Positions 52,041-64,000 of a stretch of DNA of 64,000 nt are shown here, piece after piece (position 1 is the first letter of the stretch; each line of letters starts with the position of its first letter). Source of the stretch: Kudoa neothunni. Its lineage: Eukaryota; Animalia; Cnidaria. The notes below the pieces were generated by a model. That model had not been told where the DNA came from and ran no database searches. It was given only the letters and a program-made list of their open reading frames with translations. The translations under genes and the position numbers were made by a program. The stretch spans positions 9,128,528 through 9,192,527 of the forward strand of contig OZ199839.1 of the NCBI GenBank assembly GCA_964304625.1, read 5' to 3'.

Positions 52041-52518
52041 TATTTTTTCTATGTTGTTCTTGTTTCAAATTATTCGATATATGCTTGCGCGTTATTTTTC
52101 TTGTAATTTTTTTGTTTGAAAACTCTAAAATAGAAATTAAATTTTTAACGATAATATAAATTTTTATTTGCTATGTATTCGACATACTTAATTTAAACAT
52201 TAAAGACTGTTATATTACTTAATCAATTGATTAAGTAATATTCATATGAAAAATTTTATTTACCTTTGTTGAATCAGCTAATTTATTGGTTTTGAGACGA
52301 TTTGTACGTTTTAAAATTTAAATAATTCGAACGCGATGTAATCACCTGCTATGGTGTCTATCCCGTCTACATTAAATAAGATTATTGTTGGCATAAATTG
52401 ACTGTAAATTTTTTTCGGTACAAGTAATTTTTTGATTTGTTCAATCATAAGGACATAATTAATTCGTTAAATTTTTAGAAAGGATTATAACTACCAATTA
52501 TTACAAAAATCTACGATC

Positions 52519-52556
<38 letters not shown>

Positions 52557-53694
52557 CTACGATGTCCAGGGCTGTCAGCGGAGCTAAAAAACCCAAGGTC
52601 GAGAATAACACTAGTTTAAAGTAAAACAACGAAATAGAATCGTATTTATTATAGTTTTAAACCTTCTTCCGATTCAATAATTACGTCTTAAGACATAAAT
52701 TTAAACTTATCGTCGTATGATTGCGATGTTTTGGCGCGAACATTCATTCAAACTTAATATCTAGAAAAGATCAATATGTTCACAATGAAAGAATGGATGA
52801 ATGAATGAATGAATGAATTAATTCATAATTCAAAATATACTTTGAAATAACGTTTAAATTTTCCAGTAATACGCGACAATGTTCACTGAATAACTATGTA
52901 ACTGTATCATGTTAAACAATCTAATGTGCTATCATTCAATATCGCAAATGTTTAAACCCTGCACCTCTAAAAGTGTGAACTGTGGGATTGGGGGTGTGAC
53001 TTTCGATCAGAACAGAAAAAAATGTTTGAGAAATTTTGAGTTGGTTACATCTTATCGTATGAAAACGGGTGCGAATCCAATTTTAATTGGGAAGTGCCTC
53101 TGCATGATGTAACCTGAATAGGATTCGTCTTTAAAAATATAAGTATTAATGCCGTACATACAAAAATTTAAAAATTTATTAAGGTTTTCAATAAAAATCC
53201 AAAATTTTGTATTAAATGAAAACAACTCCCAACGACCCAAGGTGACCATAAAAACACAAGCCCTGATCATGAATATGATCGAGAACTAGGTTGTTCATTA
53301 CAACAATCCCATTATGAAACATGATTTGAAATATATTATGCATAAAGATATTTATTTGGAACGAATAAACCGCATAATCGTGTCTTACAGCCAGATGTAA
53401 CACAAGAATAAGGTAAATGGGATTTTGATGCTAAAAATTTCGCATAATCTTACCACAAACAAAAAATAAAGGAATATTTAGGGTCCTATGTATGTATAAG
53501 CTACTCTAATATCGCTCGGACATATTATAACTCAGCATAATAAATTCTCTATATCCAGAAATTAAAGGATAATTAATCGCCATACTAATGTAGATAACTA
53601 AATAACTAAAGAAAACAAGCGCACGCCGAAAAACCACAACAATCTCTCAAACACATACTATGCATGTATCTATTCTAAAGTTGGTTGATATAAT

Positions 53695-54117
53695 TTATAT
53701 TTCGGTGGGTATTTGGTCAACTTTAGCATTTGCAAAACGATGGACACTTTTTCTAGCAATAAATCGTTGTCTATCACCATTAAGATACAATTTAACGATT
53801 TCCACATTGCTGGGATGGATATTCAGAGGAACTTGGTTACCGTTGCTTTTATCACGATTCAATCTCTCCAAATTGATCACATATTGAGATCTCTTAACGT
53901 CAATAACTTTCATTGGTTGTACTTGGCTCTTGAAACGTCCTCTTTTGATCACAACTTCATCATTCTTTCTAATTGGAATAGATCTGATGCCATACTTTTG
54001 TCGTAGTTTTTTAGAAAGAGTGGCACTCATAATAACTCTCCTTTCGTGTGATGGAGCATTAAAATGAGCCTTTCTATTCTTTCTACGTGAGCTAGAAACA
54101 CAAGGATTGAACTTCAT
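53695..54117 (-). CDS. RPL26: 60S ribosomal protein L26 (uL24)
   Basis: [27 protein letters not shown]…IHPSNV. Intronless CDS with a pyrimidine tract upstream. Confidence 0.97.
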   Translation of the reverse strand: MKFNPCVSSSRRKNRKAHFNAPSHERRVIMSATLSKKLRQKYGIRSIPIRKNDEVVIKRGRFKSQVQPMKVIDVKRSQYVINLERLNRDKSNGNQVPLNIHPSNVEIVKLYLNGDRQRFIARKSVHRFANAKVDQIPTEI

Positions 54118-55202
54118 CGCCAAATGCAACGTGAAACCGGTCGGGAGAAGTCGGAAACATACGCGTTGTATAATAAAGATTGTTTTAGATTCAATTTAAT
54201 CTTTAACTAAAGCTTTAATTATCGAAAATAAATATTTACTGGAGGGTTGGGTTTAAATTAAAGCCACTTTTGAAGAATCTGATGTTGCTGCGCAAACCAT
54301 ATGCGCAACTATTATTGTTCCTCCAAAGTTTCATGGTTTTTGCTGCTTAATGATTTATTAACATCTAACCAATGAGTTAAATTTGTCAAATTTTATTAAT
54401 TAATATAAATGAAACTAATAAATTTGATTAATTTATTCTTTATCTTTCATGTACCAACTTATATAATGGAACCAGAGTTACCAACCCAATTCGATTTTAT
54501 TTGGCAAACTTTTAGCCGAACAAAATGGGACAAATCAGAATTGTTTGCAAATACGGAACTAATATTTAATTACATATATAAATATTAAGTTAATTTATAA
54601 TTAACTCAGAAACTTCTAAGTTATGACATTGTTTGGCCGATAACCTGAATAATTTCCTCATTCGAAACAAGATCATCTAATGTAGGGCACAACATTCTAT
54701 TTCTTCGTATTTTTTTGACATAAAGAGAGAATAAAAATTCTCTTTCCGTAAAAGCGTTAATCATAATTAATTAAAGTAAAGGTGTGATATATTTTCCGAT
54801 GAAATTATGAGTATTTTGTCGATGGGCAATGCTCAAAAGGGCGAATATTGATAATTTAATTAATCAAACTTTGATTTTGAGCCTGTTCAACTCGTTCAAT
54901 TTCAAACCATCGTATTACTATTACAGCCGTTCGTTCGATTTTCGAATAAAACATAACAAATATACCTATATGAGGCTTTATTTTTATGTACGGCCATTCA
55001 TCAATTAATATTAAGAAAAATTAGTCAAGTAGATGATATTTTGTTAAATTTTAATTTATTTAGGTATTAACTAAAATTAGAATTTTTTGAAAATTGATAA
55101 CAACCATTTTTAATGAAAACTTAACATTGGATATTACCAATATCAGAGTTTTTTTGGAAATTCAAGAATTCAGAATTCCAACACTTAAAACTTTTCGTGA
55201 TA

Positions 55203-56899
55203 CAGTCATGTCTCGATATTGCGCAATATCGAGTCACCTGAGCATGCGCGCACAACTTTAATTTAACATTTCTTACAAAATAACTCATTGCGCTATAATT
55301 TTTTATACATTTATTGAAATTTTCGCGTAATGCATCCTTAACTTGATGTAGAGAAATAATTCATTAGGATTTTCAATGAAATGTTTTTTTTCGCGGATTT
55401 GTAGGATTTTTTACTTGAAACGTTGTAACGATTTCATCGTTGTGTATGAGATCAAGATCTTCATCCCAATAAGTAAATTTACTTTGATCATCTTAATTTA
55501 AATTTTTAAATTTCATTTTCTTCCAAAAAAATAATATCATTACGTATTATTATCTACACATATGAATTCTAAAATTTTTCAATAATAATGATGAAAAAAT
55601 CAATTATTTGTGTTTGAAAATAGGCGACTCATCAATTCACTAATTTTTGAACCGTAACCATTCCTCAGCCAATTTTAACGCATTTAAGTAATCAAACACG
55701 ACATATTTAAATATTTTTTGTTCCTTCTCTCTAAATAGAACATTTATGCATAACATTTTTCTCTAATTGAATGTTAAGAGATGAATTATTCCCAGATCAA
55801 TTTGTCGCACCACACAAACAATGTTTTTGATCGAAATAAGAGCTGGATGTTTTCGAAATAATCAATCGATTAAGCACAATATGAGCAATGTTCTAATAAA
55901 ATTAATATCTTTCTGTTTTCTTTAATAAATCTCTTGTTCATACCTTTGAGGATCCGATAAAATATAAATGAACATAATCACACATTCATTTGCGAATGAC
56001 ATTAAACTGAAAGCTCTTTAATTCCTCTAAAACAGAGATTTTTCTTAAACTTTTCTTATTGCATGCAATTGCAATTTTTCTTCGGTCATTGTAGCAGTGA
56101 TAAACATCGTAGCACACTTTGTAATTGTTTTACACCCTTACGTTGTGCTAATTTTTAATAGTGGATGTACACTGTATCAGCTGTTCATAAAAATGAGCTG
56201 TCACACATCATAATTTAATATGTATTCCGGATTGTATCTTGACAAAATCTCGGTTAAATTTCCCATCTATTCATACATGCTTTTAAAATCAGCGCTCTCC
56301 TTCGTGCAATTTGAGTTTTCCAGGCCGTAACGCCCACCCTCTGTATTTATTAAAATAACCCTCGCTTCAGTTAATATCTTTTATTAAAAAACTAGATATG
56401 GTTTTTTTATCGCATTGAAACTACACAGTTGTAAATATTATTTTCAAGATTTTGAAACTTTCTAATCTATGGTTTCATCTTATTTAGGAAAACTTCTGTA
56501 AAGATTTAAGTAACCTACTTTAAACTATCGAACAATATTGAAGTTAATATAATTTGGTTAACCGAAACGTTTTACAGAAATATCATTAGTCCCACGTATA
56601 AACTTAAAAAAATTATATAAATCAATTAATTTTATTGTATTATCATTAGTTATTTGAGAACTTACAATAATTTTTATAGTACATCCATCTGATTAAAGAG
56701 GTTAAAAGAAAAAAATGAGTTACGCAATTGTGAGACACAAAGTTTTTCCTAATTTTTTTGATATCCGCTTATTCAAAATTATTGTTTTTTTGTATATTTA
56801 TCAATATAATCATACTGAATATGATTTTTATGGTTTGTTTAGTGAATTAAAGCACATAATGCTAATAAAGTTAAATTACGCATTATCGAGGGACAACTG
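55203..56899 (-). mobile_element. pogo/Tigger-like DNA transposon, degenerate
   Basis: TA-flanked imperfect TIRs CAGTCATGTCTCGATATTGCGCAA / CAGTTGTCCCTCGATAATGCGTAA. Internal minus-strand QIDLGII resembles the pogo QPxDxGII motif. Confidence 0.65.
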
Positions 56900-57858
56900 T
56901 AAATCCAAAACGGTCCATGGTTATAAAACTGTCATCGCTAATATAGTGATAAAACATTCGAAATATCAGTCTCAACAGGAGCATAACATGTTTGAATGTG
57001 TTTATTTTCATAAATTTAGGGTATTTTATTATTAGCCTCAATTTTTGTATCACGAGATCTTATTAGGAATTATTATAATGTATAATTGTAACTTATATTT
57101 GGTGAACTTCAATTACCGAGATTTTAACTTGAAATAAAGCATTGTTCCAAGTAAAAAATTATCGATTTGAAGATTTCTCGTAATGAAATCAACCGTGATA
57201 ATTTTCCATTTTTTGTGAATTTGCAATAATTTCTTACCTTTGAAACATTGTTCGACGATTATTCAATCTTTTGAAGAACAAGGGTAAAAATGGACAAATC
57301 GGATACGGCTGGCAACGCTGAATGGAACGCAAGTGACCAACTGGAGTCACTGCCGAATTAGGTTTTAAACTTGTTCAATCTGCTTAAAAATATTTCATTG
57401 AAGATTATAAATTAAAATATGATGATTCAAATTAAATAAAATTATCTTTTGATTTCTGACCTGTAGATAAATCATTTTGTTCATGACAAAAACCATGGCG
57501 AATACAATGATATGAATCCATCAAAATGTATCAGATATATAAGGGACATTAGTATGTTGATACCAACGTAAGATATTTGGAAAGTCAATGACCAAAATAT
57601 TTCTTTAAATTAATTAATCTTTATATATATTTTATTGGTGTAAGTTAAAATAATGGTTGAATATTCCATACATATTTTTAGGTAACGCATTGTATAACAT
57701 ATTAAAAATATATTATATTTCCGTTCTAAAGCTGTTGATTAGGAGAAACTAATAAGAATTTTGATAAAATAACAAATTTTTGGGTTGTTTTATAAAATCT
57801 CATTGAATAATATTTTATCATAGTTTAACATTGTCAGTCGATCATTTATCCATATCTG

Positions 57859-59214
57859 CTAGCCGTTGTTTGATTTGTAATAATCCTTTGATAGAGGAGA
57901 AGGTGATAGCGTTAACTGGTGTGGTGTTTGACTACAGGATGCCAAACACAGTTCTTTCTTAGTGAATCTATTCTTGTTCCCACCAATACCTTTATAAGCA
58001 AACAAATAGCAATCCCTGCTTTCACTGTCAAAGTACCACCTTGGAAGATCTAGTCTACCCTTTCCAACACTAGGTCTTTGAAGACAAAATGCCTCAGTAT
58101 TTCTCCACTTTTGGTCATCTATTTCAATTTGTAACATTTTTTTACAAGAATTTTAATACATACCAATTTGACATTTCCCAGCACATAATTCTATGGTATC
58201 AAATTGATTCACTCCCTCTGGTTTGTTACACTCAGTAGAATAAAAAGGAAGACACGACTTAGATGTTGCGTTGTAATAGTATTTCAGACCTACTGGGCCT
58301 TCACATATGCTTTGATATGGAGCTCCATTGCATGGCCATTTTTTCCCCGTTGGTTCTATTTACAGTTGATTTAAAAGATCTAGACAATAACAATTGTTTC
58401 CCACTTTTTACACATTTGTTGACACAGTCATTAAATTTCTTGAATATCCCTCTCTCTTGATTGCTGTTTACAGCTGTATAGAGGCACTGATTTTTGGCGC
58501 TATTGTAAACTATCCTCACGTCGTACTGCATTTCATCTCCATCCGGCGAATTAGTTAATTTATGAGGAACCATACAATCAAACACGTTAGGTATTTTGTT
58601 TCTCGTTGCTATTAAAAATGTAAGAAATGCTCTTTATAATAAATAACTTATTAACCTCCGCAAGCGTTTGTACAGTCATCGTTATTTCCAAACACGTAAT
58701 TTGACACTTCACAACCTTTTGACATGAATCCTCTACATTCGTAATATTCAGGGGTGATGGTCCCATTATCAGCGTCAATTTTTTGTGGGTTATATTTAAA
58801 AAATTTTTTAGATATCGATGACTGTTTCGAGCAAAGACTACCAGGCTGCTCTTCTAAAGGATGTTTACATGCTTCGAGCATTTCCAAAGGAGATGCAACC
58901 ACTACAATTTATTAATCGTTAATGTATATTTTATTTAAATATACGGTGATTTCTACATTCTTCTATCGACTTAAAATTATTGAAACTTGATCCATAACCA
59001 AAATAGGTAAATTCTTCACATTCAGCGTTGCTTTTATTTATCCTAAATCGTGTAGTTGGTTGTATGACACCTACTGTTGTTTCCGAATTAGTAATTGAGT
59101 AATCCGTTAGCCTTATATCTAATGAAATAATGAGTTTTTAAGAACAACAAAAAAGTAACCTAATAAAACATAATTTAAAAACACAGAGACTAATAATAGG
59201 AACACAGGAATCAT
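57859..59214 (-). CDS. Secreted protein with five Kunitz/BPTI-like domains
   Basis: Signal peptide MIPVFLLLVSVFLNYVLL, then roughly one domain per exon: CEEFTYFG…NNFKSIEEC; CRGFMSKGC…FGNNDDCTNAC; YNSAKNQC…FNDCVNKC; KYYYNATSKSCLPF…NQFDTIELCAGKC; RWYFDSESRDCYLFAYKGIGGNKNRF…CLASC. Confidence 0.88.
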
Positions 59215-59752
59215 GTCGTTTTCTTTTGAATGGACGTAGGAAATTGCGATTGGAGATTCTATCCTATTACCTAACAATCGTATTTATGAATAGGTTTCCG
59301 CTGGATTATTCCTTTCAATAAATAAAGATATATTATATTAATATACTAATTTTTGTGAATTTCCCAGCCTTTCTCTAGTTTGGAATATTTTTTATTGATC
59401 TCAAAACTATTAACAAATATAATTATCCATACAATTAGTCCACCGAAAGAAACAAACAAAAAATCATTAAATTATCATAATTCTCATAATTTTAGCGACT
59501 GCAGTTAGCTAAGTTAAAATTGAAATCATTCAGGAAAGTTATAAAAATAACGAAATCTATCGTAAGTGAAAATTTACTATTAGGTATTGAACGCACACCC
59601 CTTACAATATCACGACTAACGTGATATCCAAAAACTATATAATATCAAGGAACAACTCGCGTGGTCGATTATTCGTCAGTAAATGTTAGTTTCCTTATAG
59701 CGCATCTTACGTCAGGTCTCTTAGACATAACACCTACGAAGAATAATGTTAA

Positions 59753-61658
59753 CCCTCCGGAGCACGCGCAAAAATTACTGCGTGAGGGCACGCATAGGGT
59801 CTAAAAGACCCCACGAGGAAAATGATGAAAATAATACGTTTTATTCAATAAAATAATTATCGTTTAACAAAACAACTATCGCATATAGTTTTAGCATGTT
59901 TTTTGCAAATATTTCCCCAACAAATATTGCATTTTGATTGAGTTTTACGATCATTTTGCCTAACACATATATGACATCTTCTATCTGCAGCAGTAGATAT
60001 TTGGTCACATTCTTTAATTTTTGCCTCATCTACATTAATATTATTAATACATAAATTAATTTGTACTTTTGCGATTCATTTGTTGCTCTAGCAATTGTAA
60101 TGCTAACGATTTTAAGAATTCTTTTCTTCGAATATTTTCCTTCGTATTTAAACAATAAATTACATATGAATTTATTGAAACTACATCTAGGAGCGCGTGA
60201 AATATTACTGCTGGTCATCTTCTGGTAGTTCGATGGGTAGAATAATTAGCACACATCTGGTCGATTGTGTCTATACCTCCCTTGGTGGAATTATAAAATG
60301 AAATCATTTCTGGGGATGATTTGAAACTATTATTGGTTTATGGCGAAAAGAACTCAATAATATGACAGGTTTGTTTTTTTTCGAAGTGTATGACAGCAAT
60401 GTAAAATCGTTGGTAAAATCGAACATAGATGAATATACATCTTTTGTCTTAGATGATAGAAATTCCGAAGGAATCTCCTTTTTATTTTTTCTAATAGTAC
60501 CACATGCAGTGATACCATATTTCAATAATTCTTCAAAGAGAGGAACTGAGGTAAACCAATTATCTACCGTAACGTTTCTACCAGAACCTAAAATCGGTTC
60601 CACCAACCGCAGTACTAAACATTAGGTGAGTTGTCAATTCTATGAGTGCCAACATTTTGAGCACCTAAGTATACCTCAATATTTAAGGTATAAAATGTTT
60701 TAGCATCAGCCATATTAAAGATTTTTATGCCACATTTTGCAGGTTTTAGAGGCATGTATTGCTTAAAAATACAGTTGCTGCTGAATGCCCGAAGCATTTC
60801 GTCAATTGTTAAATATCCGGTCGGAGTATAGTATTTTAAGAAATTGGATTTTATGCGGCTAATAACATCTCTAATTTTAAATAATCTATCATTAGAGGAC
60901 TCCAATGATATTGACGAATCATTCGTAAAATGTAGACAACGTTTCAATAACTTAAATCTATTTTGGCCGAATACTTTGTTGCAAATGGGAAATCCAAAAA
61001 TATCATCATATCAACTGCCCAGAGTTCATTCATATTGGTTAAATTAGCTTTTTTTACTCCAAGAAAATAATGTAAACCTATAAATGCTTTTAATTCACAT
61101 AAATCAAATTCAACGCAATCTCTTTTTCGTTAGAAATTAGTTTGTATTTTTTTAGTTGGTCATTTGTAAAATGTAGTATGTCTTACAGTATTTCGTCTAT
61201 AATAAATAAACTCCATATCTCAGACCCTGTATTAACATTATCAGGAAGATTGATTTGATGTTTTTCTTGAATAATATCATGTTTTCTTTTTTTGCCAAAC
61301 AAACCGACCATTCATAATTCTTCCCATGTAATGTTTCCTTATTAATATTTGAACAGTCAACAATCAATTCATCATCGCCAATGTCTTTTGACACGTCAGA
61401 TTCAGATATATCACTATTTTCTGATAGTATGTTATCCAAATAGGAGTCAGAGCTATATGTCTCCGAATCCGACGAAAACATATCACTGCTATCATAATGT
61501 AAAAAATTTTCAAAGTCCATATCTGTTAAATCTCTATATTTTTTGTAAAAAAATATGCGAATAAAATTAATGAAGAGTCACTAGCTTGAACCGAAAAAAT
61601 ATTACAGCGATATTAAAACCACACGGGGTCTTTTAGACCCCACGCGTGCTCCGGAGGG
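59753..61658 (-). mobile_element. piggyBac transposon (second family), transposase fragmented
   Basis: TTAA TSDs at 59749-59752 and 61659-61662. Perfect TIR CCCTCCGGAGCACGCG. IDE…KQYMPLKPAKCGIK, VTVDNWFTS and YNSTKGGID occur in broken ORFs from 61520 to about 59850. Confidence 0.95.
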
Positions 61659-63199
61659 TTAATGATGAAATTAGCATATATTTATCAGACATAAACCACA
61701 ATAGATTTGTTCTTACAACACAGATTTACGACTTCTTATTATTGAATAAAAAAATCAATCATGTAAATTAGAACGTTGACTAAATTTCACAATAATGGGC
61801 ATTTAGTCGAAAGTCGGGTATGATCGAGTACAAAAGTATACGTGGAAATTATTGCTTATTTCTCAACAAATAAATTTAGTTTGCATTTTTTATATATTCA
61901 TAAAGATATAGTAATGGTTAACCATCGTTTAATTTTAACAGAAGCTTTTTTCTTTAAAAAGTAAAATTATTATTCAATTGTTTCAAAATGATTTTTTTAT
62001 TGAATCGTTCGCAAATTAATAAAAACCTTGTAATAATATCGGTATGAGGGAATTTAAGATTAATTTCTTTATTTTAACAGATTAACGCTGAATGAGAATA
62101 GACTGCCATTTTTCAAAAGTAATTATGATTGGAAGCCCAAAAGTTACTTAATGCATTAGATATATTTATATTTCTCTACATCATAGATACAATACTATAT
62201 GGTTTTTAGCATAATATTAACGTAATATTGAGTCGAATACAAAGTCTCAAGTCTGGAGATGGAAATATGTTTTCAAGATCTTAACCTTTGCTTAAAAAAA
62301 TAGTTTAATAAAATTCCAAACATTATTATAATTAATTTATCATTTATTATGTAAGAAATTTTAATTTCATTAAAAAAAGTTAATATTTTTTGGAAAAGTT
62401 TATGTAATTTCAAATTCATTGAATTATTGTGATTAAGGATACATTGTCAATTTCAGGAATTTTAAGAAAAGGTGATTTATATTTCCAATATTGCAATGAA
62501 AATTAAATTATTTAAAAATTATAATAACGCTAAATCTTTTCCGGATTGGTCTATCGTCACCAAATCATTATTTTATGGCATAAATTTATAACATCAGATT
62601 ATATATATTTAATTTAGAATGATCATAATTTATTTTCGCTTAAAATATAATTATGGTATTTTTTGATAAGTAAATCGTCCTAAAATATTGGTGCATGTCA
62701 AACTTTAAAAGAGTTTAAAACCACATGTAAATATGGCAATAGTAGCTGCGTATATCTTAACATTTCTCCTAATGACAAAAATAATATTTATAAGACATTA
62801 AATATTTAATTTAACTAATTCTGTTTGTATTTATAGAGTAAATGTTCATTGTAATTGCTTATCACACTGAAACAAACTAACATCAATTATAAACAGGTAA
62901 TTTTAAATCTGTTTCTTAAGCAGAGTAGCAGGAAATTTCCTACTCCTGATAGAAATATTTTTTACATTGGCGCTAATAGGTGAATTATCGTATTTTATTA
63001 CTGGTACGATATTTCTATACATAATTAAAACTGCATTTAGAATAATTATTCACGACAAACAGAAAGGCCTACGAATTATATGTATTTATTATTTTCTAAT
63101 GTATTCTTATAATATAACGAAAATATTAATAATATTTTTATTACAAAATTAATCTAAATATAATGTATAAATTTATATGGTCTTTCTGATTATTAAAGG

Positions 63200-64000
63200 T
63201 TAATTTTTCTTTTTGATAACCACGAATCCAACTGCACCGACAATCAGAACTCCAAGTACCGCAACCACTATTATTCTAAAATGATTTTATTTAAATCACA
63301 AGTAATTTCATTATGAATACATGACGAGGGTTTTTGAACTAAATAATGGATTAATTAATTATTTAATGATTATACAAACCTTGAACTGCTTTTTGCACCT
63401 AAAAATCATAATTAAAATATCATTGCGTAAATCAAATTTTACCTTGTTCTATAACTTCCTCACCATAAATAGTATCATCTGTAGAGCTGTAAACAGTTAA
63501 ATGATAACTGTTACCGTCTATTATTCCTCTGATGGTAAAAGATTTGCATGTTGGAAACGTTCTACAACCAGCATCTCTTGGATTCATACATTGTTTTACT
63601 GTTGGCATCGACTTGACACTTGAATTACGTAATACCCATTTGCATTTTGAATTTTCTTGAAGACTTGATGGAAGTGCATTTTCTATATGGAATAACTCAC
63701 CATCTCTTGTTATAGTTATAAATATAATTTTCCCCTTTTCTGTTGGATTTCCTTTAGGAGCAGCTATTAAATTATGTTAATATTCATATGAGTGGATATT
63801 TTAGTTACTGGGTACTATAGTGATTTCTTTAGGTGAAGATTTTCCTACTGCAGTGACTACCACTTTGTATTCTTCTTTTGCATCATAACCATTGAATATA
63901 ATCGAACGGCACAATGGAGGCGAGGTACACGTGTTTGAACTTTGAGAAGCCGCTGTTGTGGTAGTAATAGTAGGTGCAGCATTATCTGTTTGAGCTTCGC
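63200..64000 (-). CDS. Type-I membrane protein, 3' part; FN3-like repeats, TM, short Lys tail
   Basis: Open exons with two similar blocks (CRSIIFNGYDAKEEYKVVVTA; CKSFTIRGIIDGNSYHLTVYS), 19-nt and 18-nt micro-exons, TM LVIIIVVAVLGVLIVGAVGFVVI, then KKKN*. Confidence 0.65.

Noticed and set aside
1-64000. CRISPR arrays, prokaryotic operons or defence systems; many short antisense ORFs in the ORF track
   Set aside because: The sequence is intron-containing eukaryotic DNA with no regularly spaced direct repeats; antisense ORFs such as 13452-13706, 30778-31782 and 53660-54006 are shadows of real genes.

Overview
AT-rich eukaryotic (animal) genomic window, not prokaryotic. Compact genes with very short GT-AG introns (about 25-80 nt) sit in small islands separated by decayed transposon DNA. 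Animal-type genes, extreme protein divergence and tiny introns suggest a reduced parasite such as a myxozoan cnidarian (inference). Splicing the genes by hand gives POLRMT (partial), MRPL44, tRNA-Ala(UGC), ITPA, a TFAM-like gene, a SARNP/THO1-like gene, LEMD3/MAN1, FIP1L1, a small secreted SEA-like protein, TEX261, TMCO1, MRPL36, RPL26, a secreted five-Kunitz protein and a type-I membrane protein with FN3-like repeats (partial). Mobile DNA includes two TTAA-flanked piggyBac elements, Merlin, MULE, pogo/Tigger and hAT remnants, MITEs and two copies of a tRNA-derived SINE. Most notable: four mitochondrial gene-expression genes in one window, a recurring CACGT(G/T) motif at gene 5' ends, an operon-like 73-nt gene spacing, and unusual secreted proteins. 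All homology calls are by-eye recognition of motifs; no database searches were run.
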